Source of the DNA: a virus
Lineage: Duplodnaviria > Caudoviricetes
Strand: one strand, 5' to 3'
IMG/VR virus record: IMGVR_UViG_3300030329_003652
Span: 1-62,818 of that record
Length of the DNA: 62,818 nucleotides
Shown here: piece after piece, positions 29,962 through 37,602 of the stretch
Numbering within the stretch: the first letter of the stretch is position 1
Layout: each line of letters begins with the position of its first letter
The notes under the pieces: generated by a model
Told to the model about the DNA's origin: nothing
Databases searched by the model: none
Seen by the model: only the letters and a program-made list of their open reading frames with translations
Translations under genes and position numbers: made by a program

Positions 29962-30930
29962 TTAATATCTATTAACAAACTCTTGTGCGTTAGTATAAGA
30001 AACCAATGAGGTTTCCATAGAACTCAAGAACTTGTTGATAGTATCGTAAACGAATTTAATCCAGAGTGAAGCCATCTTGCTCTGCTTGAAAGCAGGTGCT
30101 ACTCTTATCTCAACTGTTTTATGAAGATTGTAGCAGTAATTAACAAAGGTATATCTATCATCATGATAGTGTTCCGTTGCCATTATCTGTTCGAATCCTC
30201 TGTAGTAATCGTGACAGAATGTATTCTCACCATCAATACGTTGCCAAAACTGTTCGTTCTTGCAACGCATGTTCTTACCCCACACTTTTGCTTGTATCTT
30301 TAGATAGTCATGGAAATGTCTATCCATTAACACTGACATAAGTCGTCGGTTAATCAGTGATGCGTGAACATGAAAGCCACAAGTATGATTTACATAAGTT
30401 GGATAATTACCAGATTGGTGCTGATAACTCATCAACTCAGGCATTGTCATAGCAGGGCTTGGAAGTTCACCATCCATACCACTTTCCTCTTCACAGTTAC
30501 AGTAACATCCACATTCACGGTTACATCTTTGGTCTAAATGGTCACACTCAGCACAATCGTAAGTGCTGTTTATATCCATCCAGTTCTCGTGACACGTTTC
30601 ACAAGGTTGCTCTTCACTACACACTTTGCCTTCATCTGTTTCATTTATGCAATCTTCTCGGTGTTGGTTACAACCACATTCTTCAACGTGTTCATAACAA
30701 ACAGAGCATAGCATACATTCCCAACAAGAACAGTCGTCGGCACTGTATCCACACTCAGTACATTGCATACATTCGTCACATTGGCATTCGTCAAAACAAT
30801 AGCACTCTTCACGTTCTCGTGCTCTGCCTGTACCGACAGAACCGTCGTGAATATGTCTATCATCTGGGTGAGCGAAGTAACCTTCAGCTTCTGAACCCAT
30901 GAGGTTTACGAAGTTTTTGTTTGTTGTCAT
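29962..30930 (-). CDS. COOH-NH2 (glutamine synthetase/GCS-fold) amidoligase with 25-Cys insert
   Basis: GSEAE, HDGS, ELPSP, TCGFHVH, RY..VN, TVEIR motifs of the putative amidoligase family; adjacent to GATase II. Confidence 0.8.
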   Translation of the reverse strand: MTTNKNFVNLMGSEAEGYFAHPDDRHIHDGSVGTGRAREREECYCFDECQCDECMQCTECGYSADDCSCWECMLCSVCYEHVEECGCNQHREDCINETDEGKVCSEEQPCETCHENWMDINSTYDCAECDHLDQRCNRECGCYCNCEEESGMDGELPSPAMTMPELMSYQHQSGNYPTYVNHTCGFHVHASLINRRLMSVLMDRHFHDYLKIQAKVWGKNMRCKNEQFWQRIDGENTFCHDYYRGFEQIMATEHYHDDRYTFVNYCYNLHKTVEIRVAPAFKQSKMASLWIKFVYDTINKFLSSMETSLVSYTNAQEFVNRY

Positions 30931-30939
30931 AATTATAAT

Positions 30940-31605
30940 CTATCTAATCCTTCTAGCAGGTGCATCAGTATCGAGAGTATCTAATGATTGTTCGGCATCA
31001 TAGTATATCTCTGACCAGAAACTTCTATCAGCACGTACTCGTTTAGCTATTTCATCAAAGAGTTTAAACTGCTCTTGAATGTTATAACTTTGTCTTGCGT
31101 ACCACTGATGACATACTTCTGACATACTAGTCAAGCAATTATTAACAAATTCATCTATCATCTCTTGCGAGAATGGTTTACGTGGGTTTATGAACACCCA
31201 ACCATGTTTTATAAATGATTTGTGACCTGCCCAATTAAGATGACTTCTAAACGTATCTCTATCAGGTGAACCACTAAATAGATAGTCGTCATCCCAATAG
31301 TCAATATTTAACAGTCGTCTAAACGTGCCTGTCTCATGTTGCATGACTCTGACAATCTTCCTTAACTTTTTATTACCCATGAATAGAATACCCCAAGTAT
31401 CATACCGTTTAGTAGGTTTAAACACTACTGACTGTAGATATGGGTTTTCATGTGGCATTTCAAAGTATCTTAGACCTAATTGACTCATTATCTTTGGTCG
31501 ATAATAGCCAAGCCTAGGAAGCTCGTCATCATTATTACGCCAAGCCAATATAGATTGTCTTACGTAATCCTGCTCGAAATCATTAACTTGCGTTAATAAG
31601 TTCAT
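30940..31605 (-). CDS. hypothetical protein, first large gene of the cassette
   Basis: 221-aa aromatic-rich ORF. Confidence 0.6.
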   Translation of the reverse strand: MNLLTQVNDFEQDYVRQSILAWRNNDDELPRLGYYRPKIMSQLGLRYFEMPHENPYLQSVVFKPTKRYDTWGILFMGNKKLRKIVRVMQHETGTFRRLLNIDYWDDDYLFSGSPDRDTFRSHLNWAGHKSFIKHGWVFINPRKPFSQEMIDEFVNNCLTSMSEVCHQWYARQSYNIQEQFKLFDEIAKRVRADRSFWSEIYYDAEQSLDTLDTDAPARRIR

Positions 31606-31901
31606 TAAAAAATAGGCTACCTATCTGTAGCCTTGATGGGAAGATATTGGTTAGAAGCATCTAACCTACGGTTTGCATTATCATCACGAAGCACTGACCA
31701 AAAGCCATGCTCGCAACGATATTTATACCACTGTGAATACCTCTTACAGTAGCCACAATCACATAAATTACTCATTGTAATATTAACAAAACGGATATTG
31801 CTGTAGAACATACTGTAATATTAACAATATGCACTATATTACGTACCCTTCTTGCTTGTTGTTTGTTCATCTTAATGTTTTATATGTCACATTTTTGATT
31901 A

Positions 31902-31943
31902 GGGGCAAGTAGTTCACACTACCTGCCCCATACGTATATAAGC
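31902..31943 (-). promoter_or_regulatory. TATA-like element plus 11-bp inverted repeat at the cassette start
   Basis: Minus strand CTTATATA followed by GGGGCAGGTAG-TGTGAA-CTACTTGCCCC. Confidence 0.5.
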
Positions 31944-32000
31944 CTTGCTCAGATTTTTCTGAATACAAGCGTTTTTACGTCTTACGTGACGGTTAATCAT

Positions 32001-32475
32001 AAAAAATAAGGGGTAGGGTATGACAGTCGTATTTCTACCGTCGCCATACCCAATCCGTATCTCTGTTCCAGTAGACAGTTATAGCTATTGCTAGCCTTTC
32101 CTACCTACTGTGTTGTATGTGTGCCTGTGGCTATTGCCGTTGAATCAGTCTAAGGTGTTTAAACCCTGAAATCATAGCTAGCACTAAAACTATGACCGAC
32201 CTCATATTTTGTAAATCCTAACATTCACTAGTACAGATAGAGCACGCTCAAGGCGATGGTTATTCTTCATTCTTTAGCAAACTGGAAGTAAACTTAGTTA
32301 TGTTTAGGCATAACTCAATCTACGACCTCGTAGAAATCCGAACCACTGTACGTTCAGAGACCTGCCCCCTGAGGGGTGGGTGTCTTACACCATACCTACC
32401 ATCCCATTTCATTTAACGGTTCATGAGCAATTCCACAGTGTACCGTGCCTGAGATAGTGAGTCAGGTACGCATGG
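32001..32475 (-). ncRNA. candidate large structured ncRNA (~470 nt), family unknown
   Basis: No ORF of 60 aa or more. Many hairpins; G-U pairs favour the minus strand; GCAA and GAAA tetraloops; 3' hairpin followed by U6. Boundaries approximate. Confidence 0.65.
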
Positions 32476-32657
32476 AAAAAAAACGGTTTTTGGAAAATCG
32501 GTGGCTACGATTCGGAAAAAATTAGATACAAATTAGAACCCTATTTAAATACAATTAGGACATAATATCTTCCTAGTATCCTTTATATAGGAGTTCGAGG
32601 AGAGACAATTACTACATAATCCAGTAGTACGTAATCGGTGCTTTTTTTGCCAAAATT

Positions 32658-32816
32658 TTAATCTGAACATCTGTCAATACATTCCTTTATAATCTTAAGC
32701 CTGTATGTATTCTCAGGGGTGGTAGGTTCTTTACTCACACGTTCATAAACTCGTTCAAAGTCTTCGAGGTGCTTTTTTCTTAAAGGTTCGTCATCAGGAT
32801 ACATTTCCCAAGGCAT
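32658..32816 (-). CDS. 52-aa hypothetical protein (not in ORF track)
   Basis: MPWEMYPDDEPLRKKHLEDFERVY...; CTTATATA ~25 nt upstream. Confidence 0.55.
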   Translation of the reverse strand: MPWEMYPDDEPLRKKHLEDFERVYERVSKEPTTPENTYRLKIIKECIDRCSD

Positions 32817-32847
32817 ACTATATATTAATATACAACATATATAAGGC

Positions 32848-33048
32848 TTACGACGTTCTATAATATTTAACTTGACATTCCTTAGAACAATATTTACGGT
32901 TGTTATTATTTTGTGTCTTTATATATAAAGAGGGGTGATTACACTGTTTACACACAAGAGATACAAATACATTATCTTTCATATTATCTTGTCCTTCTAA
33001 AGTCTTCATTATGGCAAGAACATCTACAGTGTTTATCACATGCTGCAT
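32848..33048 (-). CDS. small zinc-finger protein
   Basis: CKQC...YCSKEC. Confidence 0.55.
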   Translation of the reverse strand: MQHVINTVDVLAIMKTLEGQDNMKDNVFVSLVCKQCNHPSLYIKTQNNNNRKYCSKECQVKYYRTS

Positions 33049-33075
33049 TAACGCAGCTAGTACATTTTAATTTCA

Positions 33076-33405
33076 TTATTGATCCTCTATTAGATAATCT
33101 AAATGCGTTTCTTTTATATGTCCTTCACGCCTACCATCAGCAATATCAGCATCAGATAGAACATGTGCTTCAAGTTCATGTGTATCACATGAATTGTCGT
33201 TACACGTACATTCTGCTTTGCTTGAATCATATTTGTCTAACTCATTACCCATAGCAGGTTTTGTATCTGAAATCATTGTGCCTTGCACTCTAAATAAACA
33301 CCTTATAAGTTGTCTCTTTGAATGTTCCCCAAATGGTTCAGTACATGCCACGCATGTCAATTTCTCTAATTGTTTGTTTCCTAACATGTATATCATATGG
33401 TGCAA
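33076..33405 (-). CDS. Cys/His-rich hypothetical protein
   Basis: CVAC..GEHSK..LIRCLFR and CTC...C..H. Confidence 0.55.
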   Translation of the reverse strand: MHHMIYMLGNKQLEKLTCVACTEPFGEHSKRQLIRCLFRVQGTMISDTKPAMGNELDKYDSSKAECTCNDNSCDTHELEAHVLSDADIADGRREGHIKETHLDYLIEDQ

Positions 33406-33444
33406 CCCTTATATAAATCTTTATTAAAAATAAAAAAGGAAAGG

Positions 33445-34305
33445 TTAAAGTCCTAAGACTTCAACCATTACCCTCAGTTGCTCCATTGCAACTGCATACC
33501 AACTATGGGCTAGCGTTTTCCACTCATCTCGCTCAGATGTCATGTTAGCCAATTCAAGTTGAGTTGAACTCAATTCAACTTGTGTTGAAGCCAATTCAGC
33601 GTTAGCCGAATTTACCTGACCTTCAAGGCTAAATCTTTCCGAACTCCATGAAGTGGCGTTTAATTGCAAAGTCTCGATTTGACCTTCCAATTCGAAAATC
33701 TTTGCAACGCTTTCGTCGCTCGCTACGCTTGTGGCGTTTAGGGCAATTACTTGTGCCGTTAGTGACTGTACGTTAGACTCCAACCCCTCGATTTGCTCTC
33801 GTTGCATCGCTATTGTTTCGAGAGATGAATTTAGCGAATTCGTCAAGTCGACAAGTTGTTGTTGAAACTCGCTGTCGTCAACCGTTACAAGTTCTACCTG
33901 ATAGATAGGATCTTGCACTTGTTGTTGAACAGGTTGTTGCACTGGTTCTGGTTCTGGTGCTACATATGGTGCTAATATGTGTAGAATTGAATGTTCCCCA
34001 GTATTCAAGTCTTTGATGTAATAGTCTTCTGCAATGTAGCATGTATTGCCACAGTTTTCCGTTGGAAGTTGAATTACTAAAACTTCGCCTACGGCTACTG
34101 TGCCTTCAAACCATCCATATGCAACAAAGTTCATTGGTGCTGAACCGTCAAGATTGTTGAAAGTAATGTGCCCATCTTCCATAACTGATAAGTCAAATGG
34201 GAAACTTGTTACTTCTACACTGTTTGGTGCACCTTCTGCGTTTGCATATGCAATGAATGTTGCAAACACTGCAAATACGGCTAAAGTTGTTATTACACTT
34301 TTCAT
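33445..34305 (-). CDS. secreted protein: beta domain (degenerate cupredoxin-like?), P/Q linker and coiled coil
   Basis: Signal peptide AYANA; ITFNNLD; PEPEPVQQPVQQQ; long heptad region. Confidence 0.6.
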   Translation of the reverse strand: MKSVITTLAVFAVFATFIAYANAEGAPNSVEVTSFPFDLSVMEDGHITFNNLDGSAPMNFVAYGWFEGTVAVGEVLVIQLPTENCGNTCYIAEDYYIKDLNTGEHSILHILAPYVAPEPEPVQQPVQQQVQDPIYQVELVTVDDSEFQQQLVDLTNSLNSSLETIAMQREQIEGLESNVQSLTAQVIALNATSVASDESVAKIFELEGQIETLQLNATSWSSERFSLEGQVNSANAELASTQVELSSTQLELANMTSERDEWKTLAHSWYAVAMEQLRVMVEVLGL

Positions 34306-34393
34306 TACTTTATAGACATATATGTTCTATATATATGTATCTCAAAAAACAAAAAAGCATAGGTTTTTATTATAGGCATGTATTATACATTGA

Positions 34394-34588
34394 ATGGTAA
34401 GATTATGTAAAGGTAAATGTGATATGATAGGTACTAGTAGACCGTTTGGTAATCCTTATGATACTAGATCGTACTGTAGAATATGTTCTGCATGGTTAAA
34501 AAAAGAAGTTGGTATAAGATGTCCTTGTTGTGGTAATATTTTAAAAGTAAGAATAAGTAGAAGACCTAGATTATCTAAACTGCTCTAA
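34394..34588 (+). CDS. CPCC zinc-finger family, copy 3
   Basis: CKGKC...YCRIC...CPCCGNIL. Confidence 0.7.
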   Translation: MVRLCKGKCDMIGTSRPFGNPYDTRSYCRICSAWLKKEVGIRCPCCGNILKVRISRRPRLSKLL

Positions 34589-34753
34589 TAACTCTTTATC
34601 ATATCGTTTTATTCTCTTATATTCTACCCAGTGCCATTTCCAAGAAAGTATCATTAATGGTATTCCTATTGGTGCAAACAGTAGTGTAAATGTAAGAAAC
34701 AACCCTATAAAAAATACAAAGTATCGTAACATGTTTATTATTATTGTTTTCAT
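34571..34753 (-). CDS. small membrane protein
   Basis: FFIGLFLTFTLLFAPIGIPLMIL hairpin-type TM. Confidence 0.6.
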   Translation of the reverse strand: MKTIIINMLRYFVFFIGLFLTFTLLFAPIGIPLMILSWKWHWVEYKRIKRYDKELLEQFR

Positions 34754-34853
34754 AAATATAAGTAAAGTGTTGCTTTAAGAGGGCTACCTAATTGTGTAGG
34801 TAATCCCTGACAAGCAACAAATTGTTTAACCTTATAGTAAATATAAATGTTTC

Positions 34854-35045
34854 TTAAGGCTTATAAGTATCTTCATCTTTACCTAAAATCTGTCTTTCTT
34901 CTCTTATCTTATCTTCACATAAGAATGTGAGTTTCCAAAACACCTTTCTATCTTTCATAGGAAGTTTTTCAGGATCTTTGTTAGCAAATGCTAATTCAAA
35001 CCATCTCATTAACACGGTAAAGTCATCTACTTCGAATTCTACCAT
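34854..35045 (-). CDS. hypothetical protein
   Basis: TATA-led leaderless ORF. Confidence 0.6.
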   Translation of the reverse strand: MVEFEVDDFTVLMRWFELAFANKDPEKLPMKDRKVFWKLTFLCEDKIREERQILGKDEDTYKP

Positions 35046-35078
35046 ACTTATACTAAAAAACCATGTTATTTAAAGTAA

Positions 35079-35185
35079 TGGTCTAGCTGTCTCGCAACAA
35101 CAGTCCTCCTTATCGCCTTTGATAACCAAATCGCATGAATGAACATGATAGGTCGATAAGGTATGCATGCTCACACCACTAGACT
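35079..35185 (-). ncRNA. tRNA-like cloverleaf RNA with branched anticodon arm
   Basis: Acceptor GUCUAG/CUAGAC; D-like GUGU/GCAU; CCUUAUCG/CGAUAAGG; AGGA linker; T-like CUGUU-7nt-GACAG; TTATATAA about 20 nt upstream. Confidence 0.6.
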
Positions 35186-35212
35186 AATAATCTTTATAAC
35201 TAGGGTTATATA

Positions 35213-35404
35213 ATGATTTTTATGGTAAAAAACGAACCAGAGTTTGAGATAGAAGAACACGAACACGAAGATGGCACTAAACATTCACATAAAGGTGGAG
35301 ATAAACCACACACACATGATAAAAAATCAAATAAATGTTCATGTAACCAAGATATAGGAAGAGATATTAGATGTCCTGTTGATGGTGATTTGGACAAAAT
35401 TTGA
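35213..35404 (+). CDS. His-rich metal-binding microprotein
   Basis: HEHEDGTKHSHKGGDKPHTH plus CSC..CP. Confidence 0.65.
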   Translation: MIFMVKNEPEFEIEEHEHEDGTKHSHKGGDKPHTHDKKSNKCSCNQDIGRDIRCPVDGDLDKI

Positions 35405-35448
35405 CATTTCTTGACAAAGTTTATAAGTTACTCATATAGAATTTAAGT

Positions 35449-37368
35449 ATGGGATTAGTAGACACTATTAAAGGTGCATTTAGACTCAGTAATAAATCAT
35501 TTACAGAGACTACTACTAGACCTTCTATTGCACAACCATACATGAGTACTGATACAGGTGCTAAATTACCAATTTTTCCATTTCCACTTATAATGATCTA
35601 TGAGTTAGCAGAAAACATAGATGCATTAAGAATACCTATTGAAACCATTAATCGTGAAATGTTTAAGAATGGTTTTGAGATAGTTGAAAGATTCAAATAC
35701 AAATGTAATAACTGTTCAAAAGAATTCCAATATGCACCACATGGAAAGGTAGATGAAAGTGATGTTAAGAAAAAAGTAGCAAAAGTACAATGTGATTCTT
35801 GTTTAAGTACAGATTTAAGAATTCCTGTACCAGAACACAGAAAAACCATTGAAAAATTAATGTCTACTTCTGTAAATGGTAACAACCAAACACTTGAAGA
35901 CGTTGCAAGACAATTAGAACGTGATTTAGAAATTGCTGACAATGCATATTTACTTTTACTAAAGAATTACTGGATTGATGATTTAACAGGTGAAGTTGAT
36001 TATAAAAAGACCGAAATTAAAGAATTATTGAGAGTTGATCCACCACAAGTTGCTATGATAGCAGATAGTGATGGTAGAATCGGTTATGATGATAAAAGAC
36101 AGAAAATTTGGGTGTGTCCTAGATTTGAACACCGTGATAAAAGACTTTATACTGAAAGATGTGACAGATGTAACGCAAAAGGAATAAAAGCAATTATGGA
36201 AGTTAATTCAGTTTATTCTGTAGGTGTACCACACCCAAAAAGAGTAATTTATGGTGAAGGTGAAGTTATTTGGAAAGCAGGCAAATATAGACCTTCATTA
36301 ATTTATGGTTATTCTCCAATCTATGCAATTTGGTCAAAAGCAATGTCTTTATCACATATGGATGAATATGTTAGAAAATACTTTGACAAGATGAGACCAC
36401 CAAGAGGTTTACTTGTTATTGCATCTCGTAACTATGAAACATTCAGAAAGTCTTGGGATGCATTAGAACAAAAAGCCATTGAAGATCCATATATGATACA
36501 CCCACTTATGGTAGAATCAGATAAGGGTGGTAAAAACATGGCTAATTGGATTGATTTTACTGGTTCACTTAAAGAATTAGAGTTTATTGAAGTAAGAAAA
36601 GAGTTAAGACAGATTATTGGTGCTGCATTTGGTGTTTTACCACTCTATTATGGAGAAATGGTAGGTGGTTGGTCACAAGAAGGACTACAGGTTACAATTA
36701 CAAACAGAGCAGTAAAATGGGGGCAAGATATACTATTTAAGTCATTTTTAAAGAAATTTGTCGAAATAATGGGTATAGATGACTGGGATTTAAGATTAAT
36801 ACAAGGTGAAGAGAATGATAAACTTGCAGATTTGCAAAGAGATGGTGTAGAAATACAAAATGTTGCAATGTTACAACAAATGGGATTTGAAGTTAGTAGA
36901 ACACATGATGGTAAATACAATATTTCACAAGATCCAAAATACTTTGAAGATTTAATGGGATTGAGTGGAGCACAAGGAGTTAACGGTAGAGGAAGAAGTA
37001 CTGCAGCTCCATTAGAGAATAGACAATCATTTGAAGGTGCACCTGCACAAAATAGACCATCTGACTTGGGTGGTATTGCACAAGGTTCACCAAGTACTGG
37101 TTCTGGAACTTCAATGTCACAGAAAGGCTTTGGTGATGGAATAACACCAAGTAACTTTACTGTTGTAAAGAATACACTACAAACAGCACTTGATTATGGT
37201 TGGAAAAAGACAAAAACAGTAGATGAGCTTAGAAAAGCAGCAGGTATGACTGTAAGACAAGCAAGAGCTATTGTAAAGGCTGAATTTGAAGGTATGAGAC
37301 AATGGGAAGAAGATGAAACAATAAATAAAAGTAAAAAAGAAGAAATAGAAGATGATGATGAAGAATGA
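35449..37368 (+). CDS. portal protein with zinc-ribbon inserts
   Basis: DL..ADNAYL, LRVDP, YGYSPI, YF...PRG, ELEF..R..I.AAFGV portal motifs; first gene of the head block. Confidence 0.85.
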   Translation: MGLVDTIKGAFRLSNKSFTETTTRPSIAQPYMSTDTGAKLPIFPFPLIMIYELAENIDALRIPIETINREMFKNGFEIVERFKYKCNNCSKEFQYAPHGKVDESDVKKKVAKVQCDSCLSTDLRIPVPEHRKTIEKLMSTSVNGNNQTLEDVARQLERDLEIADNAYLLLLKNYWIDDLTGEVDYKKTEIKELLRVDPPQVAMIADSDGRIGYDDKRQKIWVCPRFEHRDKRLYTERCDRCNAKGIKAIMEVNSVYSVGVPHPKRVIYGEGEVIWKAGKYRPSLIYGYSPIYAIWSKAMSLSHMDEYVRKYFDKMRPPRGLLVIASRNYETFRKSWDALEQKAIEDPYMIHPLMVESDKGGKNMANWIDFTGSLKELEFIEVRKELRQIIGAAFGVLPLYYGEMVGGWSQEGLQVTITNRAVKWGQDILFKSFLKKFVEIMGIDDWDLRLIQGEENDKLADLQRDGVEIQNVAMLQQMGFEVSRTHDGKYNISQDPKYFEDLMGLSGAQGVNGRGRSTAAPLENRQSFEGAPAQNRPSDLGGIAQGSPSTGSGTSMSQKGFGDGITPSNFTVVKNTLQTALDYGWKKTKTVDELRKAAGMTVRQARAIVKAEFEGMRQWEEDETINKSKKEEIEDDDEE

Positions 37369-37601
37369 TAAGTAAAAAGAAAAAAGTAGTAAAGGAACAA
37401 GTCAAAGAAAAGACAACTGTTAAAAAAACTATTCCAAAAAAAGCAACTAATGTCTACAATGCAAATTTCTCTGAAATAGATGAATGTTTAGATGAAATAA
37501 GAAAAGAATGTAGAGCACATGGTTTAAGTGATTATGCTTGCAATAATATCAGAATCATTTTAGACGATACATTAAAAAGAGTGAAACTCTCAGAACACTA
37601 A
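37365..37601 (+). CDS. hypothetical protein
   Basis: Coupled to portal. Confidence 0.55.
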   Translation: MISKKKKVVKEQVKEKTTVKKTIPKKATNVYNANFSEIDECLDEIRKECRAHGLSDYACNNIRIILDDTLKRVKLSEH

Positions 37602-37602
37602 T

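Noticed and set aside
30459-30902. His-rich plus-strand ORF
   Set aside because: Antisense shadow of the Cys-rich amidoligase insert.
32010-32110. RNase P RNA or group II intron domain V (GGAAAG, AACAGA, GAAA-capped stem)
   Set aside because: P4 pairing and spacing do not fit; no AGC/CGC triad with the DV bulge; no maturase.
32330-32470. Group I intron (plus-strand GTTCAGAGAC resembles the R element; minus-strand GAATTGC resembles P)
   Set aside because: The elements are on opposite strands, there is no matching S element or P7, and no interrupted gene.
35079-35185. Canonical tRNA gene
   Set aside because: No 7-nt anticodon loop with U33, no TTC T-loop and no clear BHB intron; kept as tRNA-like only.
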